Positions 38,328-53,389 of a stretch of 64,000 bases of DNA are shown in pieces. The notes below the pieces were generated by a model. It had not been told where the DNA came from, searched no databases, and was given only the letters and a program-made list of their open reading frames with translations. Both the position numbers and the translations under genes were made by a program. This stretch comes from Octopus vulgaris (taxonomy: Eukaryota), in assembly GCA_951406725.2 (NCBI GenBank), contig OX597817.1:76942001-77006000 (forward strand), read 5' to 3'. Each line of letters begins with the position of its first letter. Position 1 is the stretch's first letter.

Positions 38328-38886
38328 AAAAAAAAAAAACGAAATTACGCAGCCTCATTCCCAAGCCACAAATATACAGGTTAATACGAGCGAAAACTCC
38401 ACTACAGGCACTCAAGGACCGGGTACTAGTACCAGTTTATACGCGTAAGACAGTCCCACATCTTAACAGACCAGGCGATTAGGTCCAACGGGAAGATAGC
38501 AGTGCAGTTTTAACGTGAACAGGTCAATGCTTGCATGAAAAACGCCAGTCGATAATCATGTTAGGCTTGTCACACAAATGACTGGTCAATCAATTTTGCC
38601 TCCGATTGTTCTTTTCCAAAACTTGTGACAGACACACTACCATTATCATCTTTTACAATTCAGAACCATTATGGAATAGTCCAGAAAAACCTTATATGCA
38701 AGACAGACTCACGGCTCGAAAACAAATTTATTGCTGCGGTTCATAGTCTATTATAAAAGACCGAAGACTTTCATAATCACATATTATAACTATCTATCCA
38801 TCTATCTATCTCTCTGTCTGTCTGTCTGTTTGCCTGACTGTCTGTCTATTTGTATGTGTATCTATCTGTGTATGTATGTGTGTGTG

Positions 38887-38931
<45 letters not shown>

Positions 38932-38944
38932 GTATATGTATATT

Positions 38945-39036
<92 letters not shown>

Positions 39037-39044
39037 CCCTATAA

Positions 39045-39159
39045 TTTTGGTGCCCTATAATTTAAGACGCTCACTGGTAAAAATTCCACTTATTCCCACA
39101 ACAGAATATGCTTCAACACACGAACTCACATAAAGAATCTTGCAAACCAAATCCAAAAG

Positions 39160-39231
<72 letters not shown>

Positions 39232-39915
39232 AAGACTCTTTGCCAACATAATGTTGCAGTCCTAGATAGGACGAATGTTACTGTTGTTTCCCTCCAGGAA
39301 ACATCATTTCCAGCTGGTTATACGACACAGTATCTGTGTCCTTATGTTTTCGAACACGGGAACTCAACACCCACATCCAGCAGAAAGCCTCTGTTCTTCC
39401 TAGCCAGGTCTCCTACATTATGTTGGTAAAAAATTCTTTACTTCAAAGTACTGTGACTGAATATCTCTCTTTGAGAAATTTAGAAATAATAATATTTCTT
39501 CGAAACGCGGAGTAGATGAAACAGGGACAACCGAAGAAGGGGAATATTCCTTGTGTTGTATGTCTTGTTTCTCTGGGGTTTTTTTTCGTTGTTTGAAAGA
39601 AACTTTTATGTTTTCGTTTCTCATTGTGTTCAACGTTTTTTTGATGTCCTGTATACATATATGCATGTATATATGCATACATATGTAGGTATATATTATG
39701 TATATATAAATATATATACATATATATTTCTATATACGTATGTATGTATGAATGCATTTATGTATGTATATACTGTTTGTGTCTGGGGAGAGTCATTCTC
39801 TTTTGGTGCCCTATAATTTAAGACGCTCACCGGTAAAAATTCCACTTATTCCCACAACAGAATATGCTTCAACACACGAACTCACATAAAGAATCTTGCA
39901 AACCAAATCCAAAAG

Positions 39916-39917
<2 letters not shown>
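39045..39917. repeat. 117-bp direct duplication (39045-39161 and 39801-39917), each followed by (TA)n
   Basis: One mismatch between copies. Confidence 0.9.
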
Positions 39918-39974
<57 letters not shown>

Positions 39975-40208
39975 ATGATGTATGTATGTATGTATGTATG
40001 TATGTATGTATGTATGTATGTATGTATGTATGTATGTATGTCAATACACATGAGTGTATATCAAATTATACCTATATGCCAGTACTCAATACTTCGCAGT
40101 AGCGTGGAATAGTTTTCAATAAATACATAAGGAAATAGAAACAGACACAGATGCGTGTGAGAGTGTATACACCTGCATTATTATTATTATCATTATTATT
40201 ATTATTAC

Positions 40209-40319
<111 letters not shown>

Positions 40320-41877
40320 ATCTGTATGTATGTATAAGAGACAGAGAAAGCGTCTATGTGTATATATGTGAGTATATAAAAACATATCAGCATACATACA
40401 TACATACATACATACATACATACATACATACATACATACATACATACATACATACATACATACATACATACGCAACATATAGTGAACACAATTGATATTA
40501 GACCAAATATGCAGACAGGATTCAAGTGACGAAACTCTCACCCACACACTGTCCCCCTCTCCCTCCCTTCATCTCACTCTCTTCCCTTTCATGTCTCCCT
40601 CTCTTCCTTCCTCCAATTCTCTCTCTCTCTCTCTTCCGTTCTCGTTCCTCACTATCTCTTTTTTCCCCTCCTTTCAGGTGCGGTTGTGGTTTGTTATTGA
40701 TTAGTAATTAAAAATGATTGATCATGTGTTTGTCCCGGTTAGTTTTATTCGCCGTGTTGTTGGTGCTGTTGTTGTTGTTGTTGTTGTTGTTGGTGTTGTT
40801 ATTGTTTTAGTTGATGTTGTTTTCCATGATGTTGACGCAATTGTTTTAGCTTGTCTTCGTTTTATTATCATCTTCATCATCTTCTTTCTCTTGTCGTTCT
40901 CCGTTATTTTCTGTCTCTTCCCTTCTTCTTCTTCTTCTTCTTCTTCTTCTTCTTCTTCTTCTTCTTCTTCTTCTTCTTCTTCTTTTTCTTCTTCTTCTTC
41001 TTCTTTTTCTTCTTCTTCTTCTGCTTCTCCCTCTTGTTCCTCTTTTCCTTCCTCCTCCTTCCTCTTCTAATTATTCTCCCCATTCTTCTTCGCATTCTCA
41101 TTCTTCTACTCCTCCTTCCTACTTCCTTCCTTCCTTCCTTCTTCTCCTCCTCCTCCTTCTCCTTCCTCTCCTCCACCACCTCTTCTCCCCCACTTCCCCA
41201 CCATCGCCATTTCCGCCATCTCCGCCATCTCCGCCCATCTCCGCCATCTTTCTTTAGCAGTACCAATACGAAGAAGATGTTGGTAGTGCGGCACATGAGG
41301 GATTTTATGAATGGCTTCACTGTGTATTTCTTGGTCGGTTCGGCTTAGCAAGAGAGAGAAGAGACAGATTATTGATCCGATGTTGAGTGATCGAGAAAAG
41401 AAGTTGCCAGACAAGAAAGGCACTTAGTCCCGAGTTGTCAGTTTGACGGCAAATTAAACTGTAAAGTCAAGAAAAATCAATTAGCAAGCCATCAGTGTGT
41501 CTTGCTTAGTATTAGGCATCCGTCACACTTTGTATGTTTGTGTGTGTGTGTGTGAGTTTGTGTGTGTATGTATGCACGTATGTATGTACGTACGTTTTGT
41601 CTACATCTATGTATGTTAATAAGATAGGCATCTGTAGATATATGCTTGAATGTACGTATATGCATGTATGTACGTACTTACGTATGTATGCATGTATGTG
41701 TATATGCGTGCATGCATGCATGAACGTATGTATTAATCGTATATATATCCACACAGATATCTGTATATATGTATGTATGTGTATATATGTAAATATATAT
41801 ATATATATAAATATATGTATATATATGTATATATATATATGTATGTATATATATATATATATCCATATATATATATA

Positions 41878-41920
<43 letters not shown>

Positions 41921-42028
41921 CTATACACGTAAATGTATCTATGAATGGATGAGTGCATGCATGTATGAATGAAAGTCTGTACGTATGTATGTATGTATGT
42001 GTGTATGAAACTATATATGTATAAGTGA

Positions 42029-42346
42029 GGGCGCGTGGCTTAGTGGTTAGGGCATTCGGCTCATGATCGTAAGGTTGTGAGTTCGATTCCCGGCGACGCG
42101 TTGTGTCCTTGAGCAAGACACTTTATTTCACGTTGCTCCAGTCCACTCAGCTGGCAAAAATGAGTTGTACTTGTATTTCAAAGGGTCAGCCTTGTCACTT
42201 TCTGTGTCACGCTGATTATCCCCGAGAACTACGTTAAGGGTACACGTGTCTGTGGAATGCTCAGCCATTTGCACGTTAATTTCACGAGCAAGCTGTTCCG
42301 GTGATCGTATCAGCTGGGACCCTCGTCGTCGTAAGCGGCGGAGTCT
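42029..42346 (+). mobile_element. CORE-type SINE type C with alternative tail
   Basis: A box TGGCTTAGTGG, B box GAGTTCGATTCC, CORE-like body, approximate TSD ATATATGTATAA. Confidence 0.85.
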
Positions 42347-42557
42347 TTAAAATATATGTATAAATGTACTATATATGCATGTATTTACGCATGTATAAGT
42401 ATATTTCTGTATTTACTATGTTTGTAGGCATATAGATGCATATATATACTTATACACATATACAAATATATATTTATATATGTACACAACTTGTGTGTGT
42501 TTATATAAATGAATATATGTGTGCGTTTGAATGAGTTATGTGTATGTATCTAAATAT

Positions 42558-42636
<79 letters not shown>

Positions 42637-42899
42637 TATATTTGTTTGTATATGGACATGTATATGTCCGTGTTTGTATAAATAGGCTCAGGCATAACTG
42701 TATTACAAAATTTTCTTTTCAGAACCTCTTTGTTCGGGGTTCAATCCCACATTGCAACATTAAGAGTAAATGTTTTCTATTATTTCCATTGACTGGCTTA
42801 TTATTTGTGAATGGATACTGTACTGAAGCCCTTAGTGTGTACGTATGTGTGTATGTGCGTGACCGCATACAGAAACGAAGTATTACTGAGACGTAATTA

Positions 42900-43292
42900 T
42901 AGCAGGCGTTTCTGTGTGGCAAGAAGCTTGCTTCCCAGCCACTTGGTTCCGGGTTCAGTCCCAGAGCGTGGCACCTTGGGCAACTGTCTTCTTCTATAGC
43001 CTCAGGCCGACCAAAGCCTTATGATTGGATTTGGTAAACGGAAGCTGAAAGAAGCCCGTCGTATATATGCATAAATATATATATATGTGTGTGTGTGTGT
43101 CGTTGTGTCAGTGACTGTTCCTACGTCACCGCCTGACAAGCGATGTTGGTTTAGATTACGTCCCTGTAACTTAGCTATTCGGCAAAAGTAGACCGATAGA
43201 ATAAGTACAAGATTTCTTCAACTAAAACCCTTCAAGTCGGTGCTCCAGCATGGCTGCAATCGCAACGACTGAAACAAGCAAAAGAATAAAAT
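42900..43292 (+). mobile_element. SINE type B, full length
   Basis: Head, CORE-like segment, internal TA/TG repeat and CR1-like tail. Confidence 0.85.
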
Positions 43293-43924
43293 AATACAAT
43301 ATACGTAAGCATGTCTGTCTGTGAGTGCTTGTGAGTCAGTGATTGTGTCTACAAGTTTTGGTGTGCATGAGTATAGTGCAAGTCAAAGCGATTCAGAAAA
43401 TGGTTATAATGATAATATTTTATTATAAATGATATATGTTCATCGTAACGGGCATACCAGAAGACGTTGCGGAAATAATGAGATAGAGAATACAGTTCCG
43501 TATAAATATCCAACGTACGGGAACATCACAAGTAAAACTCCTTGCAATATTTGACTCTCCTGTTGTAGACGACAGAGAAGGTTTCTGCAACGCCTTGCTG
43601 AACGACCTGCTCAGATAGATTGTTTATACTGATCAGATGTTTGTGTTGTACACCAGCTCACTACCTCCATCAACTCGACATTATTTGCAGTGATGCACGG
43701 TGTGTCGCACATGTCGAAGATATTGATGAGTATCGAAACCGTGTCATGCAATCTTGAACTCAACACTCTAACCACAACACCAAGCGCCTTCACTGCAATA
43801 CACATAGAATATAACATAAAGTGGATTATTATATCATTAATAGACATACTAACTATACAATGGTTTAACATAACAAAATATATCATGAAACATATTATTT
43901 ATATAAAACAAAGCGATAAACGTC

Positions 43925-44193
43925 GCCCTTTTCAAGCTTAGCCAGGCTCACGGGCCCGGTTTCCCAGTTTCTGTGGCGTATGTGTTCCCCCCAGCTGGAC
44001 GGGACGCCAGTCCATCGCAGCGTTACTCAAGAAACAGGAAGAGGCGAAAGAGTACAACAAGGGTCACCACCATCCCTGCCGGAGCCTCGTGGAGCTTTTT
44101 AGGTGTTTTCGCTTAATAAACACACACACAACGCCCGGTCTGGGAATCGAAAACGCGATCCTCCGACCTAACCAATGGGCCATTGTGCCTCCA
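43925..44193 (-). mobile_element. SINE type D variant
   Basis: Shares AAACACCTAA..GCTCCACGAGGCTCCGGC and GGACTGGCGTCCCGTCCAG with 19538-19824. Confidence 0.8.
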
Positions 44194-44391
44194 CTATTAT
44201 TTATATACGACATTAATATTAAAACCTTTCTTATCGATAACAAACCGTAAGTGTGTGGCTACGCTGAACAAGGCATTGATAATCGATGTGATGTATAAAT
44301 ATATGTGTTCGATTGTAAACATTAAAAAAAGTTGTAAAGTTCACGACTTCCACTGTTATATAGGTTATACAACAGAGTGCATTTATAAGTA

Positions 44392-44618
44392 TTGGGTTGG
44401 TGCAGCTTTTTTCAACAAATTTTATTCAACAAAAACAATAACAATATTTAACAAAAACATCTTTAAATGGCGGTCTAACCGTCTGCCAAGCAAATGGGAA
44501 GTAGTAATTGAAGTAAATGATGAATATGCTCCGGAATAATTATTTAAAGATACATGTTATTGTTTTTGTTGAATAAAATTTGTTTAAAAATATCCGCAAT
44601 AATTATGCACCAACCCAA
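44392..44618. mobile_element. Mariner-derived MITE (third family)
   Basis: TA-flanked TTGGGTTGGTGCA / TGCACCAACCCAA ends with ~80-bp inverted arms. The centre encodes the mariner C-terminus NRLPSKWEVVIEVNDEY. Confidence 0.85.
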
Positions 44619-45134
44619 TATGCTGTGTGAATACAGTTACATGCTCTAGGACTGAACAAGTGATGTAGACACTTCTGCTAAAATCCTAATAATTGGCGAA
44701 ATTCCATTAAAATTGATAAATTTTATATGTTTGTAAGTCTACAACATAGAAATACAAACATGTACAATTGATCAGTTTCATCGTAGATTGATATCAGATA
44801 TTTATTGTACCCAATTTTCCGCATATTTTCGTATACAGCTCACCGTCCTTTCTTGTCATCCGCCTCTTTTACAGTGTTCTATCTTCTGAACAGTATCCCC
44901 TTGAAGCATTTGTTGTAAAGCTATCGACACTGTCAAGTTAGCAGTCCTGTTGGTAATACACCGAAACTACTTTGATCTCCAGTCAACAGTTTATGAGGGG
45001 AAGAATGGTTTCTATGTGTTTTTTTCTTATTCTCTCTTCTTATCTGCTGTCACTACATAATTGTGCGTGTGTGTGTGTGTGTATGTGTATCTGCGTCTAC
45101 GTGAGTAAAAATAAGTATGTATATACGTATTTAC

Positions 45135-45203
<69 letters not shown>

Positions 45204-45463
45204 TGCGCGAGTGTGTCACACACAAGCACATGCACGCACACTTACACACACTGCATTCACTCCCCTCTCCTACTTAATCGATTCTAAGATGAAAGTCAGC
45301 GCTGGAGCGAAAGAAGCTAGTTTGGATTAAGTCTGACTGTCACAAACTCAAAATGTTAAATCTGTACGTACGTATACAGATACATGCACACATACATACG
45401 CATGCATATGTAGATAAATACTCGCATATATACATATATATATGTATACTTATATACACACAC

Positions 45464-45533
<70 letters not shown>

Positions 45534-45846
45534 CCACACACCCACATATATATATATTAGAAAAAATAAATAAAGACAAACCGAATGACTTCCGGACACT
45601 TTCGTTTTGTTCGTTTTTCTTATCTTTCCTCTGTTTTCGTCTCCTTTTTTCTTGTTTTTGTTTTGTTTTTTTTTCTTTTTCTCTCTTTCATTTTCTTCTT
45701 TTCTTGTTTTTTTTTTCTATGTTGCGTTCGTTCCTTTTTTATTTCTTCTACTACTACCGCCACTACTATTCTGCATTTTCTACAATATCCATTACCTGCA
45801 TTAATACCACCACTACCTCTACAACCATCACCGCTACCACCACCAT

Positions 45847-45891
<45 letters not shown>

Positions 45892-46734
45892 AACTACTGC
45901 TGCTGCTACTACTACTACTACTACTACTACTGCTACTAGGACTTAGTCTTTTTGTATCATCTCTGTTAGGTTTTCTTTTTTGCTTAGTCTTTCTACATTT
46001 TTTCTGTTTTTCTTTTTAGCTCGTCTGCATTTTTTCTTTCATTTTTCTTACTTGAGTTAAACTAATTTTACAATTTTCACCTTTGACTTTACGTTCAATC
46101 TTTCCAATAACGATACATTATATACCAGTAACATACTGCGGTTAAAATATTACTTTCACTTTACAAAAAAAAGCAAAAAAAAAAGCAAACAGAAGAACAA
46201 AGATATTGGTTTCAAATTTTGGTACAAGGCCAGCAATTTCGGGGGAGGGGTATGTCGATTACATTAACTCCCATGTTCAGCTAGAAAAGATGAAAGGCAC
46301 AGCCGACTATGGCGGAATACAACATTTAAATATAAGTTCCATTTATTTCTTACCAATCATAGTTTTGATTGTTTTGAAATATTTTATACTTGAAAAAGTT
46401 TGCTTTTTCTTAAAATTGTTGGATGTTGATGGGCGGGAGATTTCGTTTTTAAAAAGTCGAGGCGACATTTTAGTTCGTATTTATGACTGTTATTTTGTTA
46501 GCGTATGTTCTATAACCATAGGACAACATTCAAGTTGGTCCACGTTCCTTTTTCTTGCCTCTTTCTACTCCACTTTGTTTCCGTCTCTTTGAACCTCTCT
46601 CTCTCTCTCTCTTTCTTTTGTACTGCGATTACAGTAGTCTTCTGATTCCTAAAAATTTCGACTGTAATCACTATTAGCAGCGGCAGCATTTGGACATTAC
46701 TGTCTAGAGTCCTAAGACTCATAAAACCGGGGCT

Positions 46735-47466
46735 GCACACGGTTTCTATTCTGTATAAGTGACCGAGATCACTACATTCCCCTTGAACGGCCACCAGTCT
46801 GTCGCAGGTTTACTCATTACACAGCAGAATGGAATGAAATAACATGAGATAAAGTGTTTTGCTCAAGAATGCAACGCACCGCCAGGCCTAAAGTCGAAAC
46901 TACGACCTCTCAGACGTGAGCGTAATAATACTAACCACTAGGCTACGTGCATTCATGCAACTATTTAACATACGACAATACATGTCTTATAAGTAACATT
47001 TTATAGCAGTGCAATGCAATAAATTCTAAACTCCCTGCTTAGGGTGGTGAGTCTACTACACTCCAGCCATACCCCAAAATTCGAGGCTGTATATTCTCCC
47101 ACTTATATCATCTTTATTAATCTTCTGTCTTAAATTGCTTCTTACTGTTAGATATTTTTACCATTTTGCTCAGTTCTGGAATCGAAACCGCGATCGGAAA
47201 ATTGCAAGTACAACACCGTAACCACTTGGCCAAGTGCCTTCATGACTATATTAGTTTCACATTCTGGCACAAGGCCAGCAATTTCGGGGGAAAGCGTAAG
47301 TCTATTACATTGACCGCAGTGCTCCACTGGTAATTCTTTTCTCGACCCCGAGCGGATGAAACACAAAGGTGGCCTCGGGAGAGTTTGAGCTCAGAATTTG
47401 AGGTGGGAAGAAATGCCCCCAAACATTTTTCCTGGCGCGGTAACGATTCTGTCAGTTCGCCGCCTT
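46735..47466 (-). mobile_element. Old SINE fragments (type C then type A)
   Basis: Diverged matches to the CORE-like and GGTCGAC..TTTCATCC bodies. Confidence 0.65.
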
Positions 47467-47776
47467 CCTTTCATGACTATATTACTCCCACCTACATAAT
47501 TTTTTATGCAGCTTCTGTTACTATCGCGGTTATCTTAAACTCATTTCCTCTGTTAGACATTTTACCAAACATTCTGTGCAATATTCCACGCCATAGACTC
47601 TTTGATATCGACTCACGTTTTTTCACTCCAGCTAAAATGACTTCTAATAATTCTAATTGGACATTAACTGCACTTATATTTCTTACTTCATTGAATTATC
47701 TCCAGGCTTTTATTTTAAGACATGTAGATGTGTTACAGTTTTCGATGTTGCAGAAATACATGAGAAAGAGGCAGAC

Positions 47777-47825
<49 letters not shown>

Positions 47826-48435
47826 CAGACAGACATATAATAGACTCTAAAATATATACTTGCTTTAATCACGGTATAATTTTAAGTTGTTTGTTATGAA
47901 ATCAGTTAGGTTACTTGATTTATATATGTAGAGGGAGAGAGAGAGGAAGAGAAAGAGAGAAAGAAAGAAAAGGAGAGAGAGAGAGAGAGGCGTTTTAGAA
48001 GTATAATTCCATTGCAAATAGTTTAAAGATATGTCAGTCAATGCTTACACATTATAACTGGAGAAGGTATGGCTTGATAAAACAAAAGGAGATAGAGCTT
48101 TTGTGGTCGTTTATCACTGTTTAATGACATATTCTAACTTAGGGTGGCGGGGCGGGTGGGGTAAATAAAAGATATTGAAGAAACATGGAAAAAGAAAAAA
48201 ATATTAAAGAAACCAACCTCACTTGCTGGTCTGCTAGAGGAAATGGGGTAGACTGATGAAGAGAGATTGTTAACATTAATGGTGGTAGTGGTGGTGGCGG
48301 TGATGGTGATGGTGGTGGTTATGGTGATGATGATGATGATCATATGGATGATGATGATGAGGAGGATATTGATGATGACGACGATGACGATTACGTTGAT
48401 GATGATGATTATGATGATGATGATGTCGATAATGT

Positions 48436-48491
<56 letters not shown>

Positions 48492-49090
48492 GTGATGATG
48501 AAGATGATGATGATGATGATTTTAACGATAAGGAAAGAAATGCAAAAGAGGAAAATTAAGAAGCAAGAAGAAATAAAGGAGAAGAAGAAGAAGAAGAAGA
48601 AGAAGAAGAAGAAGAAGAAGAAGAAGAAGAAGAAGAAGAAGGAGGAGGAGGAGAGCAAGAAGAAGAAGAAGAAGAAGAAGAAGAAGAAGAAGAAGAAGAA
48701 GAAGAAGAAGAAGGCAACTATTTCTTCAAGTGTGCATTGCTCCTCCTCATCATCGCATCATCAACTGCAGTTAATGCAGTGTAACATGAAATCAAATGCT
48801 ATCTCAACCTTTATATGGATGGCCTGAACGCCAAAGAAAAAAAACTCACAGCTATGGCTGTTTTTTTTCTTATTATGCCTATAAGAATATACATATGTAA
48901 AAAAATCACAAAACAAAAACAGAAAAAAACTGTTAAGCTAACTGACCAACAAACATATATAAACTATATTTCCTTAATGTTCCAAATGACCTTCGTTTTA
49001 GTAGTATGCTTCGATGGAAGACCAGCGGTGACTAGTTAGTTGTTTAGTGAACAACTTATAGTTAGGCGCTTCTTTTCCTTATTATTATTA

Positions 49091-49141
<51 letters not shown>

Positions 49142-49619
49142 CTTAATTCGTACCAAAAGAATTAAGAGAATTTGCAGAACTGGAACCGTCTTCACTAGAG
49201 TTGTAGCCATATCGTTTGTTTATTTGTTTGTTAGCTTTTTGTTGTTGTTTTGTCGATGTATATTATTGTATTTTTTTTTTAATTTTTAGCTTCAGTTTTA
49301 TTTCATTATCTTTCGTCAAGTTTCCATGTTCATAAAGATGAGGAATGTCCATAAACATTCCAGATGACTTAATTTCCATGATAATTCAAGAAAAAGAAAA
49401 AAGGTAACATATTTGTTCAACTTGTATGAATACGTGTAAATGTTTGTAGCAATCGTTAATACGGTTCAATTCCCACCCGAATATCTCATATTCTACTCTC
49501 CCTCTCCTTCCCCCTTTCTTTGTTCGTCTGCCCGTCTACCTGTTTGCATGGACATGTATGTCTCTCTCTATATATGTATATATGTAATATGCATGTATAT
49601 GTATATGTATATGTGTATA

Positions 49620-49694
<75 letters not shown>

Positions 49695-49756
49695 GTATAT
49701 GTATATGTATATATATATATATAGATATATATATATATATATATATTATAGATATG

Positions 49757-49789
<33 letters not shown>

Positions 49790-50756
49790 TAGTGAAGACT
49801 TTAAAAAAAGGAGGCAAGACAAAATAAAATATGTATGGAATATGAGTTTGTGTTTTTTTTTATCTTTTTATCATTTTGTTATCTGAAGGCATGTATGAAG
49901 AGTCTGAAATATTTTATGGGAGCACCTACTTAGAAACGGTTGTGCTAACAACCTCTATGGACATTTTATAAATGTGGTCACCAGTGAAGAAAAAAAAATA
50001 ATACCGAAATCTTATTGCGTTAGTCTAAAGGAACCCACCATTAACCTAGCGCACACGTAATAAACTAAGCGGATACTGTGTTCGGCAATCGGCTCATAGG
50101 TCTAAAGTTCAGATCTATTGCGGCTGACCTGTTGACCTATTTAGGAAAATACACGCTATACGGAATTCTACAGGTTTTCATACCTGTGCACAACTATGAG
50201 GAATAACTAAGAGAAAGATAGTACTGTTAATACCTCTGATGATCTAACGTTATGCCTTAATGACGATGAGGTATTTATTATCTATCCATTTAACGTTACT
50301 AAATCGGGAATAATCCACGACCTGGTAGTTATTAATTCTTTAAATTCATTGAAAGTGTTTAGATTTGATTTACTAATTTTACTTCAAATCCCGCTGGGGT
50401 CAACTTTGCCTTTCATTTTTTTCCGGTTCGATAGAATAAAGTACCAGTCTTGTACGGAGATTAATGATACAGACTAATGACTTTCTTCAAAATCGTTAGC
50501 CTTGAGCCTCATTTGGTGCAAAAACTGGCAGAACCTTTGGAATGTCGGAAAAAATACTTTGTTGTATTTGCTCTGTTTCATTAGTTTTTGAGTACAATTT
50601 CCACCGATATCGACTTTGCATTTCATCCATCTGGGGTCGATAAAATAAAGTACCAGCCAAGTTCTGCAATCGATGGTATCGACTAACACCCCCTCCACAC
50701 AGGCACACACACACACACACACTCGAAGGTTTTGGTCTTGTACATAAATTAGGGAC

Positions 50757-51080
50757 TACAGGGTTCCCCAAAAGTCACTGATGGGTTTCAACTTTTAATA
50801 ACTTCCTTAACTTTACAAATAAATGTATAATGGAAATTAATTTGCACAAGTCAAATTTTGCAACACCACTACATCACATATGAAAAATGACATCGCTTAA
50901 ATGGCAGCAATTTTCGGTTTTGCACGCCTGTGCTCTTTCCAAAACTTGCACCATAACACCCTCAAGAGTTTCAGACCCACTTCTGTGATTTCTCTATTGA
51001 TGTTCTCCTTCATTTGCACTAGGGTCTCCGGTTTGTCGACGTAAACCCTCTCTTTAAGGTATCCCCAAAAGAAAAAAAAT
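50757..51080 (-). mobile_element. 3' end of a DD41D-type Tc1/mariner element with TIR; second partial copy at 56377-56539
   Basis: Minus strand FFFWGYLKERVYVDKPETLVQMKENINREI; terminal TACAGGGTTCCCCAAAAGTC. Confidence 0.75.
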
Positions 51081-51845
51081 GTGTGTGTGTGTGTGTGTAT
51101 TGAAAAGATAACAAGAAGAAATGCTTAGGGTACTTAGAGAATTTTTGTGGGAAAAATAAAGACAATAAGTATATTTCTAACTTCGTAGGTACCGGTTCCG
51201 CTCGCTTTAAGATGGTCATCTAATCATGCTGAAATAAAAGGAAAAATAATTGAAAAGAATGAACTTAAATTAATGTTTCATGCTATTAGCTCTAGAAGTT
51301 CACATCCTTATCTTATACAGACCACACGGTGTTGTATTTCGTTTTTTTTATTGTTGCTGGTTAGTAGTTGACTTTAGTAGTGGCCGGTTAGTAAAATTGA
51401 CAGCGCAACGCATTCCGAATCTGATGTATAATGTCACTGAATGTTCAAGAATATTTTGAGATGCAGTGAATAATATCAACCAAAACTATGTGAAAATAAT
51501 TATTAAATGCTGGGACAGTTGCTGTTTATCCCAACCAAACTCTGGATTTGCTTAGTCAGTCAGCGCTAGAAACGAACTAGTCGTAATTACTATATACCTT
51601 CTCGCAGTTCTTACGTGGTTTTCGGTTAGCCATTGCTTTTGAACTAATGGAGATATAAAACGGACGAAATAAATGAATGTATTAGCTAATATATTTATTA
51701 AAGGGAAAAATACACCCAAAGAACTCCTCTGTGCCGTAAAAACCTACTGCGGGTATATATTATATAAGACTTTGACGTACGAGTGAAAGCGTGAATTTGA
51801 TTACCGGTTGCACGTCGTGTCCTTGATCAAGACAAAAATAAAAAA

Positions 51846-52368
51846 AGTGCCGCTAAGCATTTTTCCAATACCCTAACAATTCTGCTACTTGCTGGCATGA
51901 GGCCTGAAATTTCATGATTCTGCTAAGTCGCCGCCTTAATGATAATAATCTTATCTATTGGAGGCACACGGCCTATATTTTGTGGGGAGGGGGACAGTCG
52001 ATCACATCGACCCCAGTACTCAACTGGTACTTAATTTGTCTACTTCGAAAAGATGGAAGTCAAAGTTGACCTCAGCGGAATTTGAACTCAGAACGTAGCG
52101 ACGGGCGAAATACTGCTAAGCATTTCGCCCGGTGTACAAACGATTCTGCCAGCTCGCCGCATTCGCCTTAATAATAATGACAACAACAACAACAACAACA
52201 ATAGTGATAATCCTTTCAACTATGTGCACAAGGTCTGAAATTTTAGGGAACGGGAATAGCCGATTACATCAACCCTAGTACTCAAGTACTCTTATCCGAA
52301 AGGATAAGAGGTAAAGTCGATCTCGGTGCCAATTGAACTCAGAACGTAAAAGCGAGCGAAATGCCGCT
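51846..52368 (-). mobile_element. Tandem cluster of SINE type A copies
   Basis: Repeated GAACTCAGAACGTA..GCGAAAT..CGCTAAGCATTT and GCTCGCCGC motifs. Confidence 0.8.
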
Positions 52369-53389
52369 CGTAAAAACACCACAAAGCCACGGTCAGCCTG
52401 ATCACAATGTTAAGTGCCTTCACCTCATCCTCTTTCTTCAATCTACAGATGCATGCTTAGAGTAGGTCCCGTTTGCTCGGACCACCTTGCCATACTCACC
52501 TACCTTTGAATAAAGCTGCCGGAAGACAACAACTTCCATCTTCACTCACACTTAACTCTTCGAGTGAAACTCGAAAAAGTTGATACTAAGGGCAATAAAG
52601 GTTGCAGTTTCTGTTCACTCACTTCTTTGGTTAAGTCATGCGAAGAAAACAAACAGCAAAAACGGAGCATAACTGTTGGTGTTATGTTATTGCAATACAA
52701 ACTGAAAGATTAATTACTTAAAGAGACCTAATTTATTTTCAATTCTGTAAACATTTTCCTTGTGGAAAACAACTGGAGGCATTGACAAGAATCACGGTAA
52801 TTGCAGCAAATTGACCGAAACGCGATAAAAGCAAGAAATATTTATTTGTCCTTTCTAACAAGCGACTAATCTGTCACTATCTCAAATCATCGAAAATAAT
52901 TCATTTTATTATTTTCTTTTTTTAATCTTATTCTTGATAAAAATAAAAATTAAAAAAACAAAAAAGTAATAGATTTATAACGAAACATCGTTAGTTTGGA
53001 GCACTTTATTTTTACTTTTTTTAATATAATTTATTTCTTGATTTATTTATCTATTTATTTATTCTCACTAAATTTCATACAGGGAAGATCACCGGGTGTA
53101 ATTGACGTGAAGAAGGGTTATAAAGCTATTGATGCTGTTAATTCTTATTGTTGTTATCGCTATTGTTAATACTGTTGCTGTTATTGTTGTTATCGCTGCT
53201 ACAGCTGCTGTTGTTGCTTCTTCTTCTTCTTCTTCTTCTTCTTCTTCTTCTTCCAATCAGGACTCACGCCATTAGCCACAAAGAATAATCTCTAATTCGA
53301 GCCTACTCTCAGCTACTAAGAATGCGTGTGGCAACTTGAAGATCCATCCACCATACGCGATAGACTGACGGTTGCACGGGCACGAAAGC

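Noticed and set aside
40690-40725. Cluster of homeodomain-like sites (TAATTA, TGATTGAT)
   Set aside because: Expected by chance in AT-rich DNA; no conservation data are available.
41258-41400. Possible exon after a pyrimidine tract (QYQYEEDVGSAAHEGFYEWLHC)
   Set aside because: No recognisable homology, no convincing donor, and the tract is simple-repeat derived. RNA-seq would be needed.
42029-42095. tRNA-like sequences with A and B boxes (also 9560-9631, 19538, 53660-53733, 55969)
   Set aside because: They are SINE heads that continue into SINE bodies and lack a proper acceptor stem; not tRNA genes.
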